A stretch of DNA of 64,000 nucleotides from Eledone cirrhosa (Eukaryota), in NCBI GenBank assembly GCA_964016885.1, contig OZ024740.1, positions 430,032,001-430,096,000 on the forward strand, in the 5' to 3' direction. How positions within the stretch are numbered: the first letter of the stretch is position 1; each line of letters begins with the position of its first letter. The translations under genes and the position numbers were made by a program. Under the pieces are notes generated by a model, which was given only the letters and a program-made list of their open reading frames with translations, was not told the DNA's origin and did no database searches. Below, piece by piece: positions 45,080 through 58,600 of this stretch.

Positions 45080-48000
45080 CTAAGTTACCTTGGTGTAGGT
45101 GGTGCCAGATGTACAACAACATGTGGAGGAGGTGAGACAGGAGTTTTTCACAGTAATGTCTACCACCAAAGTTACCTTGGTGTAGGTGGTGCCAGATACA
45201 CAATAACATGTGGTGGAGGTGAGACAGGAGTTTCTGACAGTAATGTCTACCACCAAAGTTACTTTGGTGTAGGTGGTGCCAGATACACAATAACATGTGG
45301 AGGAGGTGAGACAGGAGTTTCTGACAGTAATGTCTACCACCAAAGTTACCTTGGTGTAGGTGGTGCCAGACACACAATAACATGTGGAGGAGGTGAGACA
45401 GGAGTTTCTGACTGTAATGTCTACCACCAAAGTTACCTTGGTGTAGGTGGTGCCAGATACACAATAACAAGTGGAGGAGGTGAGACAGGATTTTCTGACA
45501 GTAATGTCTACCACCAAAGTTACCTTGGTGTAGGTGGTGCCAGATGTACAATAATATGTGGAGGAGGTGAGACAGGAGTTTCTGACAGTAATGTCTACCA
45601 CCAAAGTTACCTTGGTGTAGGTGGTGCCAGATGTACAATAACATATGGAGGAGGTGAGACAGGAGTTTCTGACAGTAATGTCTACCACCAAAGTTACCTT
45701 GGTGTAGGTGGTGCCAGATACACAATAACATGTGGAGGAGGTGGGGCAGGAGTTTCTGACAGTAATGTCTACCACCAAAGTTACCTTGGTGTAGGTGGTG
45801 CCAGATACATAATAACATATGGAGGAGGTGAGACAGGAGTTTCTGACAGTAATGTCTACCACCAAAGTTACCTTGGTGTAGGTGGTGCCAGATGTACAAT
45901 AACATGTGGAGGAGGTGAGACAGGAGTTTCTGACAGTAATGTCTACCACCAAAGTTACCTTGATGTAGGTGGTGCCAGATGTACAATAACATGTGGTGGA
46001 GGTGAGACAGGAGTTTCTGACTGTAATGTCTACCACCAAAGTTACCTTGGTGTAGGTGGTGCCAGATACACAATAACATGTGGAGGAGGTGAGACAGGAG
46101 TTTCTGACAGTAATATCTACCACCAAAGTTACCTTGGTGTAGGTGGTGCCAGATGTACAACAACATGTGGAGGAGGTGAGACAGGAGTTTCTGACAGTAA
46201 TGTCTACCACCAAAGTTACCTTGGTGTAGGTGGTGCCAGATGTACAATAATATGTGGAGGAGGTGAGACAGGAGTTTCTGACAGTAATGTCTACCACCAA
46301 AGTTACCTTGGTGTAGGTGGTGCCAGATACACAATAACATGTGGAGGAGGTGAGACAGGAGTTTCTGACAGTAATGTCTACCTCCAAAGTTACCTTGATG
46401 TAGGTGGTGCCAGATGTACAATAACATATGGAGGAGGTGAGACAGGAGTCTCTGACAGTAATGTCTACCACCAAAGTTACCTTGGTGTAGGTGGTGCCAG
46501 ATACATAATAACATGTGGAGGAGGTGAGACAGGAGTTTCTGACAGTAATGTCTACCACCAAAGTTACCTTGGTGTAGGTGGTGCCAGATACACAATAACA
46601 TATGGAGGAGGTGAGACAGGAGTTTCTGACAGTAATATCTACCACCAAAGTTACCTTGGTGTAGGTGGTGCCAGATGTACAACAACATGTGGAGGAGGTG
46701 AGACAGGAGTTTCTGACAGTAATGTCTACCACCAAAGTTACCTTGGTGTAGGTGGTGCCAGACACACAATAACATGTGGAGGAGGTGAGACAGGAGTTTC
46801 TGACTGTAATGTCTACCACCAAAGTTACCTTGGTGTAGGTGGTGCCAGATACACAATAACAAGTGGAGGAGGTGAGACAGGAGTTTCTGACAGTAATGTC
46901 TACCACCAAAGTTACCTTGGTGTAGGTGGTGCCAGATGTACAATAATATGTGGAGGAGGTGAGACAGGAGTTTCTGACAGTAATGTCTACCACCAAAGTT
47001 ACCTTGGTGTAGGTGGTGCCAGATGTACAATAACATATGGAGGAGGTGAGACAGGAGTTTCTGACAGTAATGTCTACCACCAAAGTTACCTTGGTGTAGG
47101 TGGTGCCAGATGTACAATAACATATGGAGGAGGTGAGACAGGAGTCTCTGACAGTAATGTCTACCACCAAAGTTACCTTGGTGTAGGTGGTGCCAGATAC
47201 ATAATAACATGTGGAGGAGGTGAGACAGGAGTTTCTGACAGTAATGTCTACCACCAAAGTTACCTTGGTGTAGGTGGTGCCAGATACATAATAACATGTG
47301 GAGGAGGTGAGACAGGAGTTTCTGACAGTGATGTCTACCACCAAAGTTACCTTGGTGTAGGTGGTGCCAGATACATAATAACATGTGGAGGAGGTGAGAC
47401 AGGAGTTTCTGACTGTAATGTCTACCACCAAAGTTACCTTGGTGTAGGTGGTGCCAGATACATAATAACATGTGGAGGAGGTGAGACAGGAGTTTCTGAC
47501 TGTAATGCCTACCACCTAAGTTACCTTGGTGTAGGTGGTGCCAGATGTACAACAACATGTGGAGGAGGTGAGACAGGAGTTTTTCACAGTAATGTCTACC
47601 ACCAAAGTTACCTTGGTGTAGGTGGTGCCAGATACACAATAACATGTGGTGGAGGTGAGACAGGAGTTTCTGACAGTAATGTCTACCACCAAAGTTACTT
47701 TGGTGTAGGTGGTGCCAGATACACAATAACATGTGGAGGAGGTGAGACAGGAGTTTCTGACAGTAATGTCTACCACCAAAGTTACCTTGGTGTAGGTGGT
47801 GCCAGACACACAATAACATGTGGAGGAGGTGAGACAGGAGTTTCTGACTGTAATGTCTACCACCAAAGTTACCTTGGTGTAGGTGGTGCCAGATACACAA
47901 TAACAAGTGGAGGAGGTGAGACAGGATTTTCTGACAGTAATGTCTACCACCAAAGTTACCTTGGTGTAGGTGGTGCCAGATGTACAATAATATGTGGAGG

Positions 48001-51000
48001 AGGTGAGACAGGAGTTTCTGACAGTAATGTCTACCACCAAAGTTACCTTGGTGTAGGTGGTGCCAGATGTACAATAACATATGGAGGAGGTGAGACAGGA
48101 GTTTCTGACAGTAATGTCTACCACCAAAGTTACCTTGGTGTAGGTGGTGCCAGATACACAATAACATGTGGATGAGGTGGGGCAGGAGTTTCTGACAGTA
48201 ATGTCTACCACCAAAGTTACCTTGGTGTAGGTGGTGCCAGATGTACAATAATATGTGGAGGAGGTGAGACAGGAGTTTCTGACAGTAATGTCTACCACCA
48301 AAGTTACCTTGGTGTAGGTGGTGCCAGATACACAATAACATGTGGAGGAGGTGAGACAGGAGTTTCTGACAGTAATGTCTACCTCCAAAGTTACCTTGAT
48401 GTAGGTGGTGCCAGATGTACAATAACATATGGAGGAGGTGAGACAGGAGTCTCTGACAGTAATGTCTACCACCAAAGTTACCTTGGTGTAGGTGGTGCCA
48501 GATACATAATAACATGTGGAGGAGGTGAGACAGGAGTTTCTGACAGTAATGTCTACCACCAAAGTTACCTTGGTGTAGGTGGTGCCAGATACACAATAAC
48601 ATATGGAGGAGGTGAGACAGGAGTTTCTGACAGTAATATCTACCACCAAAGTTACCTTGGTGTAGGTGGTGCCAGATGTACAACAACATGTGGAGGAGGT
48701 GAGACAGGAGTTTCTGACAGTAATGTCTACCACCAAAGTTACCTTGGTGTAGGTGGTGCCAGACACACAATAACATGTGGAGGAGGTGAGACAGGAGTTT
48801 CTGACTGTAATGTCTACCACCAAAGTTACCTTGGTGTAGGTGGTGCCAGATACACAATAACAAGTGGAGGAGGTGAGACAGGAGTTTCTGACAGTAATGT
48901 CTACCACCAAAGTTACCTTGGTGTAGGTGGTGCCAGATGTACAATAATATGTGGAGGAGGTGAGACAGGAGTTTCTGACAGTAATGTCTACCACCAAAGT
49001 TACCTTGGTGTAGGTGGTGCCAGATGTACAATAACATATGGAGGAGGTGAGACAGGAGTTTCTGACAGTAATGTCTACCACCAAAGTTACCTTGGTGTAG
49101 GTGGTGCCAGATGTACAATAACATATGGAGGAGGTGAGACAGGAGTCTCTGACAGTAATGTCTACCACCAAAGTTACCTTGGTGTAGGTGGTGCCAGATA
49201 CATAATAACATGTGGAGGAGGTGAGACAGGAGTTTCTGACAGTAATGTCTACCACCAAAGTTACCTTGGTGTAGGTGGTGCCAGATACATAATAACATGT
49301 GGAGGAGGTGAGACAGGAGTTTCTGACAGTGATGTCTACCACCAAAGTTACCTTGGTGTAGGTGGTGCCAGATACATAATAACATGTGGAGGAGGTGAGA
49401 CAGGAGTTTCTGACTGTAATGTCTACCACCAAAGTTACCTTGGTGTAGGTGGTGCCAGATACATAATAACATGTGGAGGAGGTGAGACAGGAGTTTCTGA
49501 CTGTAATGCCTACCACCTAAGTTACCTTGGTGTAGGTGGTGCCAGATGTACAACAACATGTGGAGGAGGTGAGACAGGAGTTTTTCACAGTAATGTCTAC
49601 CACCAAAGTTACCTTGGTGTAGGTGGTGCCAGATACACAATAACATGTGGTGGAGGTGAGACAGGAGTTTCTGACAGTAATGTCTACCACCAAAGTTACT
49701 TTGGTGTAGGTGGTGCCAGATACACAATAACATGTGGAGGAGGTGAGACAGGAGTTTCTGACAGTAATGTCTACCACCAAAGTTACCTTGGTGTAGGTGG
49801 TGCCAGACACACAATAACATGTGGAGGAGGTGAGACAGGAGTTTCTGACTGTAATGTCTACCACCAAAGTTACCTTGGTGTAGGTGGTGCCAGATACACA
49901 ATAACAAGTGGAGGAGGTGAGACAGGATTTTCTGACAGTAATGTCTACCACCAAAGTTACCTTGGTGTAGGTGGTGCCAGATGTACAATAATATGTGGAG
50001 GAGGTGAGACAGGAGTTTCTGACAGTAATGTCTACCACCAAAGTTACCTTGGTGTAGGTGGTGCCAGATGTACAATAACATATGGAGGAGGTGAGACAGG
50101 AGTTTCTGACAGTAATGTCTACCACCAAAGTTACCTTGGTGTAGGTGGTGCCAGATACACAATAACATGTGGAGGAGGTGGGGCAGGAGTTTCTGACAGT
50201 AATGTCTACCACCAAAGTTACCTTGGTGTAGGTGGTGCCAGATACATAATAACATATGGAGGAGGTGAGACAGGAGTTTCTGACAGTAATGTCTACCACC
50301 AAAGTTACCTTGGTGTAGGTGGTGCCAGATGTACAATAACATGTGGAGGAGGTGAGACAGGAGTTTCTGACAGTAATGTCTACCACCAAAGTTACCTTGA
50401 TGTAGGTGGTGCCAGATGTACAATAACATGTGGTGGAGGTGAGACAGGAGTTTCTGACTGTAATGTCTACCACCAAAGTTACCTTGGTGTAGGTGGTGCC
50501 AGATACACAATAACATGTGGAGGAGGTGAGACAGGAGTTTCTGACAGTAATATCTACCACCAAAGTTACCTTGGTGTAGGTGGTGCCAGATGTACAACAA
50601 CATGTGGAGGAGGTGAGACAGGAGTTTCTGACAGTAATGTCTACCACCAAAGTTACCTTGGTGTAGGTGGTGCCAGATGTACAATAATATGTGGAGGAGG
50701 TGAGACAGGAGTTTCTGACAGTAATGTCTACCACCAAAGTTACCTTGGTGTAGGTGGTGCCAGATACACAATAACATGTGGAGGAGGTGAGACAGGAGTT
50801 TCTGACAGTAATGTCTACCTCCAAAGTTACCTTGATGTAGGTGGTGCCAGATGTACAATAACATATGGAGGAGGTGAGACAGGAGTCTCTGACAGTAATG
50901 TCTACCACCAAAGTTACCTTGGTGTAGGTGGTGCCAGATACATAATAACATGTGGAGGAGGTGAGACAGGAGTTTCTGACAGTAATGTCTACCACCAAAG

Positions 51001-52675
51001 TTACCTTGGTGTAGGTGGTGCCAGATACACAATAACATATGGAGGAGGTGAGACAGGAGTTTCTGACAGTAATATCTACCACCAAAGTTACCTTGGTGTA
51101 GGTGGTGCCAGATGTACAACAACATGTGGAGGAGGTGAGACAGGAGTTTCTGACAGTAATGTCTACCACCAAAGTTACCTTGGTGTAGGTGGTGCCAGAC
51201 ACACAATAACATGTGGAGGAGGTGAGACAGGAGTTTCTGACTGTAATGTCTACCACCAAAGTTACCTTGGTGTAGGTGGTGCCAGATACACAATAACAAG
51301 TGGAGGAGGTGAGACAGGAGTTTCTGACAGTAATGTCTACCACCAAAGTTACCTTGGTGTAGGTGGTGCCAGATGTACAATAATATGTGGAGGAGGTGAG
51401 ACAGGAGTTTCTGACAGTAATGTCTACCACCAAAGTTACCTTGGTGTAGGTGGTGCCAGATGTACAATAACATATGGAGGAGGTGAGACAGGAGTTTCTG
51501 ACAGTAATGTCTACCACCAAAGTTACCTTGGTGTAGGTGGTGCCAGATGTACAATAACATATGGAGGAGGTGAGACAGGAGTCTCTGACAGTAATGTCTA
51601 CCACCAAAGTTACCTTGGTGTAGGTGGTGCCAGATACATAATAACATGTGGAGGAGGTGAGACAGGAGTTTCTGACAGTAATGTCTACCACCAAAGTTAC
51701 CTTGGTGTAGGTGGTGCCAGATACATAATAACATGTGGAGGAGGTGAGACAGGAGTTTCTGACAGTGATGTCTACCACCAAAGTTACCTTGGTGTAGGTG
51801 GTGCCAGATACATAATAACATGTGGAGGAGGTGAGACAGGAGTTTCTGACTGTAATGTCTACCACCAAAGTTACCTTGGTGTAGGTGGTGCCAGATACAT
51901 AATAACATGTGGAGGAGGTGAGACAGGAGTTTCTGACTGTAATGCCTACCACCTAAGTTACCTTGGTGTAGGTGGTGCCAGATGTACAACAACATGTGGA
52001 GGAGGTGAGACAGGAGTTTTTCACAGTAATGTCTACCACCAAAGTTACCTTGGTGTAGGTGGTGCCAGATACACAATAACATGTGGTGGAGGTGAGACAG
52101 GAGTTTCTGACAGTAATGTCTACCACCAAAGTTACTTTGGTGTAGGTGGTGCCAGATACACAATAACATGTGGAGGAGGTGAGACAGGAGTTTCTGACAG
52201 TAATGTCTACCACCAAAGTTACCTTGGTGTAGGTGGTGCCAGACACACAATAACATGTGGAGGAGGTGAGACAGGAGTTTCTGACTGTAATGTCTACCAC
52301 CAAAGTTACCTTGGTGTAGGTGGTGCCAGATACACAATAACAAGTGGAGGAGGTGAGACAGGATTTTCTGACAGTAATGTCTACCACCAAAGTTACCTTG
52401 GTGTAGGTGGTGCCAGATGTACAATAATATGTGGAGGAGGTGAGACAGGAGTTTCTGACAGTAATGTCTACCACCAAAGTTACCTTGGTGTAGGTGGTGC
52501 CAGATGTACAATAACATATGGAGGAGGTGAGACAGGAGTTTCTGACAGTAATGTCTACCACCAAAGTTACCTTGGTGTAGGTGGTGCCAGATACACAATA
52601 ACATGTGGATGAGGTGGGGCAGGAGTTTCTGACAGTAATGTCTACCACCAAAGTTACCTTGGTGTAGGTGGTGCC
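43745..52675. repeat. Higher-order tandem duplication, period 4437 bp (51 units = 28 + 23), with nested 2436-bp repeat
   Basis: Stop allele at 45080/47516/49517/51953 (spacings 2436, 2001, 2436). GGATGAGG at 48173/52610. Track ORFs 45080..47515 and 49517..51952 are both 811 aa and read the same. Confidence 0.93.
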
Positions 52676-55600
52676 AGATACATAATAACATATGGAGGAG
52701 GTGAGACAGGAGTTTCTGACAGTAATGTCTACCACCAAAGTTACCTTGGTGTAGGTGGTGCCAGATGTACAATAACATGTGGAGGAGGTGAGACAGGAGT
52801 TTCTGACAGTAATGTCTACCACCAAAGTTACCTTGATGTAGGTGGTGCCAGATGTACAATAACATGTGGTGGAGGTGAGACAGGAGTTTCTGACTGTAAT
52901 GTCTACCACCAAAGTTACCTTGGTGTAGGTGGTGCCAGATACACAATAACATGTGGAGGAGGTGAGACAGGAGTTTCTGACAGTAATATCTACCACCAAA
53001 GTTACCTTGGTGTAGGTGGTGCCAGATGTACAACAACATGTGGAGGAGGTGAGACAGGAGTTTCTGACATTAATGTCTACCACCAAAGTTACCTTGGTGT
53101 AGGTGGTGCCAGATACATAATAACATATGGAGGAGGTGAGACAGGAGTTTCTGACAGTAATGTCTACCACCAAAGTTACCTTGTTGTAGGTGGTGCCAGA
53201 TACATAATAACATGTGGAGGAGGTGAGACAGGAGTTTCTGACAGTAATGTCTACCACCAAAGTTACCTTGGTGTAGGTGGTGCCAGATGTACAACAACAT
53301 GTGGAGGAGGTGAGACAGGAGTTTCTGACAGTAATGTCTACCACCAAAGTTACCTTGGTGTAGGTGGTGCCAGATACACAATAACATGTGGAGGAGGGGA
53401 GACAGGAGTTTCTGACTGTAATGTCTACCACCAAAGTTACCTTGGTGTAGGTGGTGCCAGATACACAATAACAAGTGGAGGAGGTGAGACAGGAGTTTTT
53501 GACAGTAATGTCTACCACCAAAGTTACCTTGGTGTAGGTGGTGCCAGATGTCCAATAATATGTGGAGGAGGTGAGACAGGAGTTTCTGACAGTAATGTCT
53601 ACCACCAAAGTTACCTTGGTGTAGGTGGTGCCAGATGTACAATAACATATGGAGGAGGTGAGACAGGAGTTTCTGACAGTAATGTCTACCTCCAAAGTTA
53701 CCTTGATGTAGGTGGTGCCAGATGTACAATAACATATGGAGGAGGTGAGACAGGAGTCTCTGACAGTAATGTCTACCACCAAAGTTACCTTGGTGTAGGT
53801 GGTGCCAGATACATAATAACATGTGGAGGAGGTGAGACAGGAGTTTCTGACAGTAATGTCTACCACCAAAGTTACCTTGGTGTAGGTGGTGCCAGATACA
53901 TAATAACATGTGGAGGAGGTGAGACAGGAGTTTCTGACAGTGATGTCTACCACCAAAGTTACCTTGGTGTAGGTGGTGCCAGATACATAATAACATGTGG
54001 AGGAGGTGGGACAGGAGTTTCTGACTGTAATGTCTACCACCAAAGTTACCTTGGTGTAGGTGGTGCCAGATACATAATAACATGTGGAGGAGGTGAGACA
54101 GGAGTTTCTGACAGTAATGTCTACCACCAAAGTTACCTTGGTGTAGGTGGTGCCAGATACACAATAACATGTGGAGGAGGTGAGACAGGAGTTTCTGACA
54201 GTAATGTCTACCACCAAAGTTACCTTGGTGTAGGTGGTGCCAGATATACAACAACATGTGAAGGAGGTGAGACAGGAGTTTCTGACAGTAATGTCTACCA
54301 CCAAAGTTACCTTGGTGTAGGTGGTGCCAGATACACAATAACATGTGGAGGTGGTGAGACAGGAGTTTCTGACAGTAATGTCTACCACCAAAGTTACCTT
54401 GGTGTAGGTGGTGCCAGATACACAATAACATGTGGAGGAGGTGAGACAGGAGTTTCTGACAGTAATGTCTACCACCAAAGTTACCTTGGTGTAGGTGGTG
54501 CCAGATACACAATAACATGTGGAGGAGGTGAGACAGGAGTTTCTGACAGTAATGTCTACCACCAAAGTTACCTTGGTGTAGGTGGTGCCAGATGTACAAT
54601 AACATATGGAGGAGGTGAGACAGGAGTTTCTGACAGTAATGTCTACCACCAAAGTTACCTTGGTGTAGGTGGTGCCAGATTCACAATAACATATGGAGGA
54701 GGTGAGACAGGAGTCTCTGACAGTAATGTCTACCACCAAAGTTACCTTGGTGTAGGTGGTGCCAGATACATAATAACATGTGGAGGAGGTGAGACAGCAG
54801 TTTCTGACTGTAATGTCTACCACCAAAGTTACCTTGGTGTATTTGGTGCCAGATACACAATAACATGTGGAGGTGGGGCAGGAGTTTCTGACAGTAATGT
54901 CTACCACCAAAGTTACCTTGGTGTAGGTGGTGCCAGATACATAATAACATATGGAGGAGGTGAGACAGGAGTTTCTGACAGTAATGTCTACCACCAAAGT
55001 TACCTTGGTGTAGGTGGTGCCAGATACACAATAACATGTGGAGGAGGTGAGACAGGAGTTTCTGACTGTAATGTCTACCACCAAAGTTACCTTGGTGTAG
55101 GTGGTGCCAGATACACAATAACAAGTGGAGGAGGTGAGACAGGAGTTTTTGACAGTAATGTCTACCACCAAAGTTACCTTGGTGTAGGTGGTGCCAGATA
55201 CACAATAACAAGTGGAGGAGGTGAGACAGGAGTTTCTGACAGTAATGTCTACCACCAAAGTTACCTTGGTGTAGGTGGTGCCAGATACACAATAACAAGT
55301 GGAGGAGGTGAGACAGGAGTTTCTGACAGTAATGTCTACCACCAAAGTTACCTTGGTGTAGGTGGTGCCAGATACACAATAACAAGTGGAGGAGGTGAGA
55401 CAGGAGTTTTTGACAGTAATGTCTACCACCAAAGTTACCTTGGTGTAGGTGGTGCCAGATGTCCAATAATATGTGGAGGAGGTGAGACAGGAGTTTCTGA
55501 CAGTAATGTCTACCACCAAAGTTACCTTGGTGTAGGTGGTGCCAGATGTACAATAACATATGGAGGAGGTGAGACAGGAGTTTCTGACAGTAATGTCTAC

Positions 55601-58600
55601 CTCCAAAGTTACCTTGATGTAGGTGGTGCCAGATGTACAATAACATATGGAGGAGGTGAGACAGGAGTCTCTGACAGTAATGTCTACCACCAAAGTTACC
55701 TTGGTGTAGGTGGTGCCAGATACATAATAACATGTGGAGGAGGTGAGACAGGAGTTTCTGACAGTAATGTCTACCACCAAAGTTACCTTGGTGTAGGTGG
55801 TGCCAGATACATAATAACATGTGGAGGAGGTGAGACAGGAGTTTCTGACAGTGATGTCTACTACCAAAGTTACCTTGGTGTAGGTGGTGCCAGATACATA
55901 ATAACATGTGGAGGAGGTGGGACAGGAGTTTCTGACAGTAATGTCTACAACCAAAGTTACCTTGGTGTAGGTGGTGCCAGATACATAATAACACGTGGAG
56001 GAGGTGAGACAGGAGTTTCTGACAGTAATGTCTACCACCAAAGTTACCTTGGTGTAGGTGGTGCCAGATGTACAATAACATCTGGAGGAGGTGAGACAGG
56101 AGTTTCTGACAGTAATGTCTACCACCAAAGTTACCTTGATGTAGCTGGTGGCAGATGTACAATAACATGTGGTGGAGGTGAGACAGGAGTTTCTGACTGT
56201 AATGTCTACCAGCAAAGTTACCTTGGTGTAGGTGGTGCCAGATACATAATAACATGTGGAGGAGGTGAGACAGGAGTTTCTGACAGTAATATCTACCACC
56301 AAAGTTACCTTGGTGTAGGTGGTGCCAGATGTACAATAACATGTGGAGGAGGTGAGACAGGAGTTTCTGACAGTAATGTCTACCACCAAAGTTACCTTGG
56401 TGTAGGTGGTGCCAGATACACAATAACATGTGGAAGGGGTGAGACAGGAGTTTCTGACAGTAATGTCTACCACCAAAGTTACCTTGGTGTAGGTGGTGCC
56501 AGATACACAATAACATGTGGAGGAGGTGAGACAGGAGTTTCTGACAGTAATGTCTACCACCAAAGTTACCTTGGTGTAGGTGGTGCCAGATGTACAACAA
56601 CATGTGGAGGAGGTGAGACAGGAGTTTCTGACAGTAATGTCTACCACCAAAGTTACCTTGGTGTAGGTGGTGCCAGATACACAATAACATGTGGAGGAGG
56701 TGAGACAGGAATTTCTGACAGTAATATCTACCACCAAAGTTACCTTGGTGTAGGTGGTGCCAGATGTACAACAACATGTGAAGGAGGTGAGACAGGAGTT
56801 TCTGACAGTAATGTCTACCACCAAAGTTACCTTGGTGTAGGTGGTGCCAGATACACAATAACATGTGGAGGAGGTGAGACAGGAGTTTCTGACAGTAATG
56901 TCTACCACCAAAGTTACCTTGGTGTAGGTGGTGCCAGATACACAATAACATGTGGAGGAGGTGAGACAGGAGTTTCTGACAGTAATGTCTACCACCAAAG
57001 TTACCTTGGTGTAGGTGGTGCCAGATACACAATAACATGTGGAGGAGGTGAGACAGGAGTTTCTGACAGTAATGTCTACCACCAAAGTTACCTTGGTGTA
57101 GGTGGTGCCAGATGTACAATAACATATGGAGGAGGTGAGACAGGAGTTTCTGACAGTAATGTCTACCACCAAAGTTACCTTGGTGCAGGTGGTGCCAGAT
57201 ACATAATAACATGTGGAGGAGGTGAGACAGCAGTTTCTGACTGTAATGTCTACCACCAAAGTTACCTTGGTGTATTTGGTGCCAGATACACAATAACATG
57301 TGGAGGAGGTGGGGCAGGAGTTTCTGACAGTAATGTCTACCACCAAAGTTACCTTGGTGTAGGTGGTGCCAGATACACAATAACATGTGGAGGAGGTGAG
57401 ACAGGAGTTTCTGACTGTAATGTCTACCACCAAAGTTACCTTGGTGTAGGTGGTGCCAGATACACAATAACAAGTGGAGGAGGTGAGACAGGAGTTTTTG
57501 ACAGTAATGTCTACCACCAAAGTTACCTTGGTGTAGGTGGTGCCAGATGTACAATAACATATGGAGGAGGTGAGACAGGAGTTTCTGACAGTAATGTCTA
57601 CCTCCAAAGTTACCTTGATGTAGGTGGTGCCAGATGTACAATAACATATGGAGGAGGTGAGACAGGAGTCTCTGACAGTAATGTCTACCACCAAAGTTAC
57701 CTTGGTGTAGGTGGTGCCAGATACATAATAACATGTGGAGGAGGTGAGACAGGAGTTTCTGACAGTAATGTCTACCACCAAAGTTACCTTGGTGTAGGTG
57801 GTGCCAGATACATAATAACATGTGGAGGAGGTGAGACAGGAGTTTCTGACAGTGATGTCTACCACCAAAGTTACCTTGGTGTAGGTGGTGCCAGATACAT
57901 AATAACATGTGGAGGAGGTGGGACAGGAGTTTCTGACTGTAATGTCTACCACCAAAGTTACCTTGGTGTAGGTGGTGCCAGATACATAATAACATGTGGA
58001 GGAGGTGAGACAGGAGTTTCTGACAGTAATGTCTACCACCAAAGTTACCTTGGTGTAGGTGGTGCCAGATACACAATAACATGTGGAGGAGGTGGGGCAG
58101 GAGTTTCTGACAGTAATGTCTACCACCAAAGTTACCTTGGTGTAGGTGGTGCCAGATACATAATAACATGTGGAGGAGGTGAGACAGGAGTTTCTGACTG
58201 TAATGTCTACCACCAAAGTTACCTTGGTGTAGGTGGTGCCAGATGTACAACAACATGTGGAGGAGATGAGACAGGAGTTTCTGACAGTAATGTCTACCAC
58301 CAAAGTTACCTTGGTGTAGGTGGTGCCAGATACACAATAACATGTGGAGTAGGTGAGACAGGAGTTTCTGACAGTAATGTCTACCACCAAAGTTACCTTG
58401 GTGTAGGTGGTGCCAGATACACAATAACATGTGGAGGAGGTGAGACAGGAGTTTCTAACAGTAATGTCTACAACCAAAGTTACCTTGGTGTAGGTGGTGC
58501 CAGATACATAATAACACGTGGAGGAGGTGAGACAGGAGTTTCTGACAGTAATGTCTACCACCAAAGTTACCTTGGTGTAGGTGGTGCCAGATGTACAATA

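Noticed and set aside
56144-56151. E. coli Chi site GCTGGTGG (also at 58667 and 61277)
   Set aside because: It is one variant copied by the higher-order duplication and close to the consensus by chance. Nothing suggests an enterobacterial host.
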